A stretch of 47,709 bases of DNA, from contig NW_025215189.1 in NCBI RefSeq assembly GCF_004010195.1, forward strand, positions 21,777 through 69,485. Direction: 5' to 3'. Source of the DNA: Chiloscyllium plagiosum (lineage: Eukaryota). Below, piece by piece: positions 36,335-47,709 of the stretch. The notes under the pieces are model-generated. The model saw only the letters and a list, made by a program, of their open reading frames with translations, had not been told where the DNA came from and searched no databases. The position numbers and the translations under genes are program-made. Every line of letters starts with the position of its first letter. Positions within the stretch are counted from its first letter, which is position 1.

Positions 36335-38400
36335 GACTCCGTTTCGGGGGAGGGGGCGGGGAGAGGGGAATGGTGACTCTGTGGTTAGCATGGTTGTTTC
36401 ACAGTACCAGGGACCCTGATTGGGGGACAGGGGGAGGGGGAGGGTGCATGGTGTCTCAGTAGTTAGCACGGCTGTCTCTCAGTACTAGGGACCCGGTTTG
36501 GGGGAGGGAGAGGGGGGCATGGTGTCTCAGTGGTTAGCACGGCTGTCTCACAGTACCAGGGACACTCTTTGGGGGGAAGTGGGAGGGGGTGCATGGTGTC
36601 TCAGTGGTAAGCACGGCTGTCTCACAGTACCAGGGTCCCAGTTTTCGGGGAGGGGAGGGGCTTGATGTCTCAGTGGTTAGCACGGCTGTCTCACAGTACC
36701 AGGGACCCAGTTTGTGGGGAGGGGGAGGAGGGCTGGTTTCTCAGTGGTGAGCACGGCTGTCTCACAGTACCAGGGATACTGTTTGGGGGGAGTGGGAGGG
36801 GGTGCATGGTGTCTCAGTGGTTAGCACGGCTGTCTCACAGTACCAGGGACCCAGTTTTCGGGGAGGGGAGGGGCTTGATGTCTCAGTGGTTAGCACGGCT
36901 GTCTCACAGTACCAGGGACCCAGTTTTGGGGGAGGGGGAGGGGCATGATATCTCAGTGGTTAGCACGGCTGTCTCACAGTACCAGGGACACTGTTTGGGG
37001 GGGAGTGGGAGGTGGTGCATGGTGTCTCAGTGGTAAGCACGGCTGTCTCACAGTACCAGGGACCCAGTTTTGGGGGAGGGGGAGGGGGCATGGTGTCTCA
37101 GTGGTTAGCACGGCTGTCTCACAGTACCAGGGTCCCGGTGTTGGGGAGGGGGAGACGGGCATGATGTCTCAGTCGTTAGCACGGCTGTCTCACAGTACCA
37201 GGGACACTGTTTGAGGGGAGTGGGAGGGGGTGCATGGTGTCTCAGTGGTAATCACGGCTGTCTCACAGTACCAGGGACCCAGTTTTGGGGGAGGGGGAGG
37301 GGCATGATGTCTCAGTGGTTAGCACGGCTGTCTCACAGTACCAGGGACCCGGTTTGTGGGGTGGGGGAGCAGGGCTGGTGTCTCAGTGGTGAGCACGGCT
37401 GTCTCACAGTACCAGGGACACTGTTTGAGGGGAGTGGGAGGGGGTGCATGGTGTCTCAGTGGTGAGCACGGCTGACTCACAGTACCAGGGACCTGGTTTG
37501 GGGAGTGGGTGAGGTGGTGCAGGGTGTCTCAGTGGTTATCATGGCTGTCCCACAGTACCTGCGACGCAGTTTGTGGGGCAGGGGGAGGGGACATGGAGTC
37601 TCAGTGGTTAGCACGGCTGTCTCACAGTACCAGGGACCCGGTTTGGGGGGGAGGAGGAGGGGGGCATGGTGCCTCAGGGGTTAGCACGGCTGTGTCACAG
37701 TACAGGGGACCCGGTTTGAGTGTTGGGGTGGGGAATTGGGACATGGGGTCTCAGTGGTTAGCACGGATGTCTCACAGTACCAGGGACCCGGTTTGGGGGG
37801 AGGGGGAGGGGGCATGGTGTCTCAGTGGTTAGCACGTCTGTGTCACAGTACCAGGAACCTGGTTTGGGGGGGCGGGGAGGGGCAAGGGGACCATGGTGTC
37901 TCAGTGGTTAGTACGGCTGTCCCACAGTACCAGGGACCCCGTTTGGGGCGAGGGGGAAGGGGGCATGGTGTCTCAGTCGTTAGCACGGCTGTCTCACAGT
38001 ACCAGGGACCCAGTTTTGGGGGAAGTGGAGGGTGCATGGTGTCTCAATGGTGAGCATGGCCGTGTCACAGTACTAGGGACCCGGTTTTGGGGGAGGGGAG
38101 GGGGCATGATGTCTCAGTGGTTAGCACGGCTGTGTCACAGTACCAGGGACCCGGTTTGGGGGGAGGGCGAGGGGTGCTGGTGTCTCAGTGATTAGCACAG
38201 CTGTGTCACAGTACCAGGGACCCGGTTTGGGTGAGGGGGAGGTGTGCTGGTGTCTCAGTGGTTAGTACGGCTGTCTCACAGTACCTGGGACCCGGTTTGG
38301 GGCTGGGGGAGGGGTCATGATGTCTCAGTGGTTAACACAGCTGTCTCACTGTACCAGGGACCCGGTTTGTGGGGAGGGGGAGGGGGGCTGGTGTCTCACT
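36335..38400 (+). repeat. Tandem array (~28 units, ~72-bp period) of SINE/tRNA 5'-head units with G-tract spacers
   Basis: Core ggcatggtgtctcagtggttagcacggctgtctcacagtaccagggacccggttt aligns to the HE1 head ggcacggtggcacagtggttagcactgctgcctcacagcgccagagacccgggtt; spacers such as gggggagggggagggg. Confidence 0.95.
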
Positions 38401-39100
38401 GCCTTTGACATCTTCCAAAACCTTTCTTCAAACACCTTAAAATTATGCTCACCTCGTGACAACCATTTCCACCCTGGGAAGAAGTATCTGGCTATTTACT
38501 CTGTCTGTTACTCTTACCATCTCGTTCAGCTCTGTCAAGTTACCTCTCATCCTTCTTTCCTCCAATGAGAAAAGCCATAGCTCCCTCAATCTTTCTTCAT
38601 AAGACAAGCCCTCCAGTCCAGACAGCATCCTGCTAAATCGCCTCTACAACCACTCCACAGCTTCCACATCCTTTCAATAATGAGGCGATCAGAACATTTC
38701 AAATGTTGTCTCACCAGGGATTTATAGACCTGCACCATACTCTCCTGACTCTTAAACTCAGTCCTGCTGCTAATGAAAGCCAGCACAACATACGCCTTCT
38801 TAACAACCCTATCAACGTAGGTGGCAACTGAGACACCTACAGACATGGACCCCAAGATTCGTTTGTTCCTCCACACTGCTATGAATCCTACATTTGACCC
38901 AGTAATCTGCATTCAAATTCGACTTCCAAAATGAATCCCTTCACAAAATAGGAAATTGGAACAGAATTAGGCCATTTAACCCCTTGGATCTGCTGAGCCG
39001 TTTGATCACGGTTAAAATGTTTCTCAGATATATTCTCCTGCCTTCACCAACTGACCATTGATTCTCTCATTCATGAAAAACGTACTTATCTCGATCTTAA
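38401..39100 (-). mobile_element. CR1 LINE 3' fragments
   Basis: VATYVDRVVKKAYVVLAFIS..MVQVYKSLVRQHL (38586-38912). Confidence 0.85.
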
Positions 39101-39107
39101 AGAAACC

Positions 39108-39202
39108 AAGTTAAAAATCACACAACACCAGGTTATAGTCCAACAGGTTTAATTGGAAGCACACTAGCTTTCGGAGCGATGCTCCTTCATCAGGTGATTG
39201 TC
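39108..39202 (-). mobile_element. PLE family B single arm with intact hammerhead core (39162-39196)
   Basis: Near-identical to 33803-33892; minus strand cac-CUGAUGA-a-GGAGC auc GCUCC-GAAA-GC-UA-gug. Confidence 0.85.
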
Positions 39203-39829
39203 TGGTCAATGTGCGTCCATGTGAAATGATGGCTCTGTGGGTTTGGGGGCAAATCCATTGAAATTGAGATAAACCGCTACTCCCCTTCTCCACCTCTACA
39301 TCTGTCCCTGTTAAGGTTATAGTCATAAAATGCCATCCTCTGCTGGTCTCCCCATGTCACTGCACAAGTGTCAGTTTTTTTCTCTTTATCAGAGGACATC
39401 AAATACTGCGAATCTCTCACATTGCACGGCTGTTTGGTTTTACAAATATCGCTGGAGGCACAGAACAGTTTTGTCTGATACCTAGATATATTACCACCAC
39501 CACTGGGTCGGTTACAGGACTTTTCAATCCTTTCTCACTTACACCTTGTAGGGGTGAATTATAAAATATTTCAATTTAATGAACATATAATAAATTCATC
39601 GCATCAACTTACAAATGGTTTGGTCAGAATTGCTTGGATGCAGTTGCAGTAGAAATACTGTTTAAGGTGTACACTTTGTGAAATACTGTTTAAGGTGTAC
39701 ACTTTGTGTAACGAATAATCTTCAAAGACAAATCGCTTCCACATTGCAGAGCCAGCACAGATATTACTCCTCAGAAGCATTCGCCACTCTGAGTGTCCTC
39801 AGTACAATTATGATCCTCCCTATACCGAA

Positions 39830-40220
39830 TTGTGTGTGTGTGTGCATGTGCAGATGGTGCTGTCCATTTGGATGGTGCTATGATCTATCTCCCTCTCTCC
39901 ACCTCCCTTCTGGTTTTCAACCTCCACTGCCACCAATGCAGTAGAGTGTGAAGGCGATCAGAGGGGGACATTGCATCACTTTAAACACCACAGAGGCTTG
40001 CAGATCCGCACACGGCACACGGATACCATACATAGACACGCAGATGCACACAGATATGAATATAGATACAGAGGTACACATAGTGACTGGTGCAGAAACA
40101 CAGATACTAAAGCAGACACACAGAGACAATTGCCGATACACTGATGCACGTGCACACACAGATATACAGGCATCAGCTCCGACACACCACAAACACTGAC
40201 ACACTGACGTTTATACAGAC
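39830..40220. repeat. CA/TG-rich low-complexity tract
   Basis: (tg)n at ~39830 and a degenerate acacagata/cacac tract at 40010-40210. Confidence 0.8.
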
Positions 40221-40309
40221 ATGGAGAATCTGCCAGTATTTATTTTTAGCGTGGCGATTTCCTCAATATTTCATTCACTCGTGTAATGTGTGTCAATATT
40301 TCTGTTGAT

Positions 40310-42250
40310 CCGTAAGGATATTTCTGCAACCTCACTATAGCTTGTACATCTTTCCTATAACAAGGTGACTAGAACGGAACACAATGTTCCAAGTGTTATG
40401 ACACAGCAATGAACCCGTTTGTTAATTAAACCAAAAACCCAGAAAAGCTTACCTTGCCTTATAACCTGTTAAAGCACGAGTGACAGAGAACTCGAAAAGT
40501 TCACTATTTAAAGAAAAATAATATCAATTTATTTCTTAACTCTGAAAGTGAACATTGAACAACAACTATTCACAGCTCTAAGCTCCCTTTCTCTGAACTA
40601 TTTGTTATCTGCCTCCACCTCTATAACAATATACTGTTCCTTTTAAAAAATAACTAAATTAAAATTACATCATTTAATTTCGAAACTAGACATCGGCTCT
40701 CATCTCCAGTGCCCTCCTCCTTTCAACAATTGAGCTCCCTGGGTCGTCTTCTGTCTTTTACTGCAAGGGTGTTGCATGCAAAAAAAACACATAATTTTAA
40801 TATAGAATGTTTTGCATGGCATTCTCTGTTGATGGCAGTTTACTCTCTGTCTAAGTTTCATGATGCCTACCTCTTTGTCCCCTCAACATCAAATAAATGT
40901 CTGGTTAAATGTTGGAAAAACAGTAACTACAAAATCTGTTGGATTTATTATCCTGAGGCATAAGTTAAACAGATTCGTTAAATATGAAAAGTTGTCCAGA
41001 GAACAACCGAAACTCAAGGTATCTGTTTAACAGCCAAATGTTACATATTTTCAATTTTCCAAGTACATTCTGAGACTGCTACCTAGTCATATGACAGTTG
41101 CTTACAAGCTCTCAATGCAGAACAGCACTCAACTTCATAGAGCTGCAGCATAACATCACAGCTATGAAACTCAGTTCCCCGGCTTGTGAAAGCCAACACA
41201 CCTTGCGCCTTCTCAACAACCATATCAATTTGCGTGGCAACTTTGTGGGTCTGTGGACATGGAACCCAAGATCCATCTATTCCTCTCCACTGCCAAATAT
41301 CCTGACTTTCCCTGTACTCTGCATGCAAAGTTTTCCTTCCAAAGTGAATGACTTCACACTTTTCCAGGTTTAACTCGATCTGCCACTTATCAGCTCAGTT
41401 CTCTCAATGTCTTGTTACAACGGGCAACAACTTTCCACACTATCCACAGCTCCACCAACCTCCGTGCGCAAGCTTACTAACCCACCCTCCCAATTGCAAA
41501 TTCAACTCTCTTATAATAGCCACAAACAGCAGAGTTCCCAGAACCAATCCATGCATAACACCACTGGTCAACGAGCTCCAGGCTGAGTACTTTCTATTTA
41601 CCACTACACTCTGTCTTTTACGGGACAGCCAATTCTGTATCCAGACAGCCAGATTTCCCTGTATCCCATGTCTCCTTACTTTCTGAATGAACCTACAATT
41701 GGTAACTTTATCAAATGACTTGCTAAAATCCAAATACACCACGTCCACTGTTCTACCTTCATCAATGTGTTTTTTTTTCACATCCTCAAAAAGTTCAATA
41801 AGGCATGACCTACTCGTTACAAAGGCATGCTGACTGCCTCTAATCAAATTATGGTTTTCCAAGTAATCATAACTCGTGTCTCTCAAATCCTCTCCAATAC
41901 TTTGCCCATCACTGGCGTAAGAATGATTAGTTTCTAATTCTTAGGATTATCTCTATTCCCTTTCATGAACAAGGGAATAACATTTGCCAACCTCCTATCA
42001 TCTGGCACGAATCCAGTGGACGGTGATGACACAAAGATCATCGCAAAACACACAGCAATCTCTTCTCTCACTTCCTATAGTGTCCTAGCTTTATTTCCCA
42101 GCTGGCCAAGAAGATTTGTCTATCCCTGTGATCTTCAAAATTTTCAGCACATCCTCCTGTTCTAGCATATCTGCCTGTTTCACACTGTACCCGAAAACAT
42201 GAAGGTACCTCTCAGTACTGAATACTGAAGCAAAGCATTCATTAGGGAGC
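40310..42250 (-). mobile_element. CR1 LINE ORF2 3' half, split by a solo LTR
   Basis: DVVYLDFSKSFDKV..GLVLGTLLF (41440-41886); CR1 text acaatgttccaag is interrupted at 40393 and resumes as gagctgcagc at 41140. Confidence 0.9.
40394..41139. mobile_element. Probable solo LTR (Gypsy-type), ~745 bp
   Basis: AT-rich non-coding block interrupting a CR1; begins tgttatga and ends in the partial inverted counterpart tcata; terminal CA and TSD not visible. Confidence 0.6.
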
Positions 42251-42264
42251 TCCCAGAGGTCCTT

Positions 42265-45200
42265 AATGAATTTTGCCAGAGCGGCGAGGAGAGAATGAGA
42301 GGTGAAGCAAGGGCTGCCGGGAAGGGTGAGTTTCCCGGCATTAAAAGGGACTTACCTTGGGAGTTGGGCCTCTATTTGCCGAGAGGTAGAGGGAAGAGCG
42401 AAGGACTTCTGGGAAGTCACATATTTGTGTAGTTGTGTTGCCCGATTGTGCGCCAGATTGGGGGTAGGGTAAGGTAACGAGTTTTTTTTATTCCTAATTT
42501 TTTTCAACAGTCTCTTTGGGAATTTAGAATAGTGGGAATGGAAGTTAGGGCAGTTGAATGTTTCTCCTGCAGAATGTGGGAGGTAAGGGTCACCACCAGT
42601 TTCCCTGCTGACTACATCTGCGGGAAGTTCGCCCAACTCCAGCTGCTCGAAAACTGTGTTAGGGAACTGGAGCTTGAGTTGGATGAACTTCGGATCATCC
42701 GGGAGGCAGAGAGGGTTATTAAGAGGAGTTACAGGGAAGTAGTCACTCCTAAGGTACAAGAAAAATGCAAATGGTTTATAGTCGGGGACAGAAAGGGATT
42801 CGGCAGGCAGTGCAGGGATCCCCTGTGGCCATTCCCCTCAACAATAAGTATACCATTATAGATACTGGTGGGGCGGGACATACCATGGGAAAGCAGTGGG
42901 GTACAGGGCTCTGGCACAGAGTCTGTCCCTGCTGCTCAGAAGGGAAAGGGGAAGAGGAGCAGAGCAGTAGTCACTGGGGACTCCATAGTTAGGGGGACAG
43001 ATAGGAGGTTCTGTGGGGAGCAGAGACACTCACGGTTGGTATGTTGCCTCCCAGGTGCCAGAGTCCGTGATGTCTCCGATCGTGTTTTTGGGATCCTTAA
43101 GGGGGAGGAGAAGCAGCCCCAAGTCGTGGTCCACATAGGCACCAACGACATAGGTAGGAAGAGAGATGGGGATTTTAGGCAGAAATTCAGGGAGCTAGAT
43201 GGAAGCTTAGAGCTTAGACAAACAATGTTGTTGGCTATGGTTTGTTGTCCGTGCAACGTGCTAGTGAAGCAAGGGATAGGGAGAGAGAGAAGGCGAACAC
43301 GTGGCTATAGCATGGTGCACGAGGGTGGGTTTTGGATTCTTGAATAATTGGGGCTCTTTCTGCGCTAGGTGGGACCTCGACAAGCAGGGTAGGCTTCATC
43401 TGAACTGGAGGGGTACCAATATCCTTGGATGGGAAATTCGTTAAGGCTATTGGGGTCGGCTTAAACTAATCCAGTAGGGGAATGGGAACCAAAATTGTCG
43501 TTCGAGTATAGAAAAGGTTGAGAGCAGGAAGGTCCAAAATCAAGTTTCACGGACGCAAGATGGCACCGGCAAGCAAGAGGTTGGTTTGAAGTGTGTCCCC
43601 TTAAACGCCAGGAACACCCGGAATCAGGTGGGTGAATTTGCAGCATGGATCTGTACCTGGGACTTCAATGTTGTGGCCATTTCGGAGAAATGGTTAAGAG
43701 CACGGACAGGAATGGATGTTGCAGGTTCCAGGATTTAGATGTTTCAGGAAGAACAGAGAATATGGTAAAAGAGGAGGGAGTGTGGAATTGTTGGTCAAGG
43801 ACAGTATTACAGTTGCAGAAAGGATGTTAGGGGACTCGTCAACTGAGGTTGTATGGGCTGAAGTTAGAAACAAGAAAGGAGAGGTCACCCTGTTGGGAGT
43901 TTTCTATAGGCCTCTGAATAGTTCCAGAGATGTAGAGGAAAGGATAGCAAAGATGATTCTCGATAGGAGTGACAGAGACAGGTTAGTTGTCATGGGGGAC
44001 TTCAACTTTTGAACACTCTAGTCCGAGTACTATCGATGGGTCAGTTTTTGTCCAGTGTGTGCTGGAGGGCTTCCTGACACAGTATATAGACAGGCCAACA
44101 AGGGGCGAAGCCACATTAGATTTGATACTGGGTAATGAACCCGGTCAGGTGTTAGACTTGGAAATAGGTGAGCACTTTTTTAATAGCGATCACAATTCTG
44201 TTATGTTTACTTTAGTGATAGAAAGGGGTAGGTGTATAGCATTGGGCAAGAGTTACAGCTGGGGGAAACAATAATCATGCCGTTAGGCAAGATTTCGGAA
44301 GCATACGATGGGGAAGGAAACTGCAGGGGATGGGCACTTTAGAAATGTGGAGCCTATTCAAGGAAAAGCTACTGTGTCCTAGATAAGTATGTACCTGTCA
44401 GGCAGGGAGGAATCTGTAGAGCGCGGGAGCCGCAGTGGAAGTGGAACGAATGAAATGGAAACTCTGGTCAAGAGGAAGAAGGCGGCTTATGTTAGGATGA
44501 GATGTGAAGGCTCAGTTGGGGCGCTTGAGGGTTACAAGGTAGCCAGGAAAGACATAAAGAGAGAGCTCAGAAGAGCCAGGAGGAGACATGAGAAGATGTT
44601 GGCGGTTAGGATCAGGGTAAACCCTAAGGATTACTATCGGAATTTAAGGAATAAAAGAATAACGACAGTAAGATTAGGGCCAATCAAGGATTGTAGTAGG
44701 AAGTTGTGTGTGGAGTCAGAGGAGATAGGGGAAGCATTAAATGAATATTTTCAACAGTATTCACTCTTGCAAACGACAATGCTTTCGAGGAGATTACTGA
44801 GATGCAGGCTAATAGACTAGGTGGGATTGCGGTTCACAAGGAAGAGGTATTAGAAACCCTGCAGAGTGTGAAAATAGATAAATCCCCTGGGCCAGGTGGG
44901 ATTTATCCTACGATCCTCTGGGAAGCCAGGGAGGAGTTTTTTAAGCCTTTAGCATTGATCTTGAAATTGCTATTGTCTACAGGAATAGTGCCAGAAGACT
45001 GGAGGATAGCAAATGTAGTTCCCCAGTTCAAGAAGGGGAGTAGAGACAATCCTGGTAATTATAGACCAGTGAGCCTTACTCCAGTTGTTGGTAAAGTGTT
45101 GGAAAACGTTATAAGAGAGAGGATTTATAATCATCTAGAAAATAATAATTCTTTTAGGGATAGTCAGCACGGTTTTGTGAAGGGTAGTCGTGCCTCACAA

Positions 45201-46260
45201 AGCTTATTAAGTTCTTTGAGAAGGTGAGCAAACAGGTAGAGGAGAGTAAACCGTTTGATGTGGTGTATATGGATTTCAACAAGGCGTTCGATAAGGTTCC
45301 CCTCCTGTTCGTCATTTTTATAAACGACCTGGATGAGGGCATGGAAGGTAGATTAGTAACTTTTCAGACGATACTAATTTCGGTGGAGTTGTGGATAGTG
45401 ATGAACGATGCTGTAGGTTACAGAGAGACATAGATAATCTGCAGAGCTGGGCTGAGAGGTGGCAAATGGAGTTTCATGCGGACGAGTGTGAGGTGATTCA
45501 CTTTGGTTGGACTAACTGGAATACAAAGTACTGGGCTAACGGTAAGATTCTTGGTAGTGTAGGTGAGCAGAGTGATCTCGGTGTCCAGGTGCACAGATCC
45601 TTGAAAATTTCCACCCAGGTTGACGGGGTTTTAAAGAAGGCTTACAGTTTTCTAGCTTTTATTGAGAGAGGGAACGAGTTCCGGAACCATGAGGTTATGC
45701 TGCAGCTGTAAAAAAACTCTGGTGCGGCCGCACTTGGATTATTGTGTACAGTTCTGGTCACCGCATTATAAGAAGGATGTGGAAGCTTTGGAAAGTGTGC
45801 AGAGAAGATTTACTACGATGTTGCCTGGTATGGAGGCAAGGTCTTATGAGGAAAGGCTGAGGGACCTGAGGCTGTTTTCGTTGGAGAGAAGGTTGAGAGG
45901 TGACTTAATAGAGACATATAAGATAATCAGAGGGTTAGATAGGGTGGACAGGGAGAGCCTTTTTCCAATTATGGTGACGGCGAGCACGAGGAGGCATAGC
46001 TTTAAATTGAGAGGTGATAGATATAGGACAGATGTCAGAGGTAGTTTCTTTACTCAGAGAGTAATAAGGGTATGGAATGCTTTGCCTGCAACAGTCGTAG
46101 ATTCGCCAACTTTAAGTATATTTAAGTCGTCATTGGACAAACATATGGACGTACATGGAATAGTATAGGTTAGATGCGCTTCAGATTGGTATGACAGGTC
46201 GACGCAACATCGAAGGCCGAAGGGCCTGTACTGCGCTGTAATGTTCTATGTTCTATGTTC
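42265..46260 (+). mobile_element. Near-full-length CR1 LINE (5'UTR, ORF1 zinc finger/leucine zipper + SGNH esterase, ORF2 EN-RT, tail), inactivated
   Basis: VECFSCRMWE..YICGK..LENCVRELELELDEL; VVTGDSIVRG..CLPGARV..VVVHIGTND; LGVFYRP..VVMGDFN; GNYRPVSLT; tail (gttctat)n at 46243-46260; multiple frameshifts and stops. Confidence 0.97.
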
Positions 46261-46629
46261 CCCTATCTTCTCCGACTCCTGGCACAAGTTTCCTCCACTA
46301 TCCTGATGAGCCCTACCCTCACTCAGACCATCATCGTTTTCCTCACACAAGTGTAAAACATCTTAAGTGTTACCTTAATCCTACTCACCAAGTCTTTTTC
46401 ATGCCCGCTTCTTGCCTCTCACTTTCTTCCTAACTACCTTGTAACCCTCTAGAGCCCTGTCTTATCCTTGCCTACTTAACCTTAAGTCATCTTCCTCCTT
46501 CCTCCTGAGATATCCTGCATCTATTGACAACATGGAGATATGGAGCTATAAATGGTTAAGAGCTGCACATCCTGTCAGTTCCACCATGGTCTGCAACTTT
46601 CCCCACGCTGGGCAATGATCTAACACAGT

Positions 46630-46830
46630 GTTACAGAACAATGCACTGGGCCAGTATACACAGCTCTACATGCTGGGATGGTAATTGCACCTGGTTTACA
46701 GTTCAATGCACTGGACTTGCGTACACTGATCTACATGCTGGGAGGATAAAAGCTCCTGGGTTACAGATCAATGCCCTGGGGTGGTGTACACTGCTGTACA
46801 AGTTGGGAGGTTACCTGCTACTAGTGTACA
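46630..46830. repeat. ~65-bp diverged tandem repeat, 3 copies
   Basis: ttacag..caatgc.ctgg..tacac....tacatgctgggag starting at ~46631, ~46696 and ~46761. Confidence 0.8.
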
Positions 46831-47296
46831 CAGCAATTTACTGCTGTTCACTGCATGGCTCCCAGTGCTGGAGAGGTAGTTCATGGACTGGTGTGGTCTG
46901 CACAGATTGCTGGGTTGTATTGAGCAGTACACTAGGCTGGTCTAAACACTGCTACATGCTGCACAGATATATCATCTGGATTATGGTGCCTGATTCTGTG
47001 ACGTGGATTTCAGCTGATTTGTCAGCACATTTACTTTATATTCTTATTTTTGTTATTGGACCTACGAAAGTACTACTCATCCAGTTAATGCCATTTGTCT
47101 GAGAAGAGCCACGTTTACTGTACCTTAACCTGGCCGTTGGTGCTCATATCCCTGAAATCTCGGGGGAATCATCATGAAGCTCAGAAACGTTGTGAAAATG
47201 TATGCCTCGTGCTCTCATGTACATCCCGTCCGTGGGTCCCATTTGGCTCCCTCGTGTATCGAGAGCTGGCATTGTGAAGCTCAGAAACAATGAAAT

Positions 47297-47605
47297 GGTG
47301 TGTGTCAGGATTCTGTTCACTTCCTGGTGTGTCCCATGTGGTACTCCATGAACACGGGTGTGTGTGTTTGACAGTTGGTTACTTCCCGGTGTGTCCCATG
47401 TGGTACTCCATGGACAGAGGTGTTTGTGTTTGACTGTTGCACACTTCCCGGTGTGTATCATGTGGCGATCCATGGACAGGGTTGAGTGTGTGCTGGGCTG
47501 CTGTTTCCTTCCCGGTGTGCTCCATGTGGCGATCCATGTACAGGGGTGTGTGTGTGCTGGGCTGCTGTTCACTTCCCGGTGTGTCCCATGTGGTGCTCCA
47601 TGTTG
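47297..47605. repeat. 62-65-bp tandem repeat, ~4.5 copies
   Basis: acttcccggtgtgtcccatgtggtactccatgg at 47319, 47381, 47443, ~47507 and 47571. Confidence 0.95.
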
Positions 47606-47709
47606 GACATGGGTTCCAGCAGCTTTTATCATGTCTTTGAACCTTGGTCTGTGCGTGTCCACTGAACCTATCCCTCTCAGATGATTGTGTAGTTAGTAAC
47701 ACAAGGAAA

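Noticed and set aside
36335..38400. CRISPR-like repeat-spacer array or tRNA gene cluster
   Set aside because: Spacers are related G-tracts rather than unique sequences, there are no cas genes and the context is vertebrate. Units lack the T-arm/B-box and 3' acceptor stem, so they are not tRNA genes.
47144..47702. His/Thr- or Cys/Val-rich ORFs
   Set aside because: They are translations of the 62-65-bp TG-rich tandem repeat.

Overview
Vertebrate nuclear DNA, almost certainly from a cartilaginous fish (shark): it carries HE1/V-SINE-type tRNA-derived SINEs and their partner CR1-clade (HER1-like) LINEs. I found no intact protein-coding gene. Nearly all listed ORFs are retroelement fragments or tandem-repeat read-throughs. 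The window is a nested pile of decayed elements: many CR1 LINEs (one near full length at ~42.3-46.3 kb), a second CR1/L2-type LINE family, two Vingi/Ingi-like RT relics, Penelope-like elements (PLE), a Harbinger-type Myb/SANT gene relic, a solo LTR, four HE1 SINEs, several minisatellites and a 183-bp N gap. The most unusual structures are (1) a ~2-kb array of ~28 SINE/tRNA-head units joined by G-tract spacers, partly organised as a 3-unit higher-order repeat; (2) two families of short PLE-derived insertions with 12-15-bp target-site duplications that carry minimal hammerhead ribozyme cores, one as a 92-bp-arm hairpin; and (3) a ~148-bp-arm palindrome centred on a SINE 3' tail. Family names come from motif recognition by eye, not database searches, and most element boundaries are approximate.
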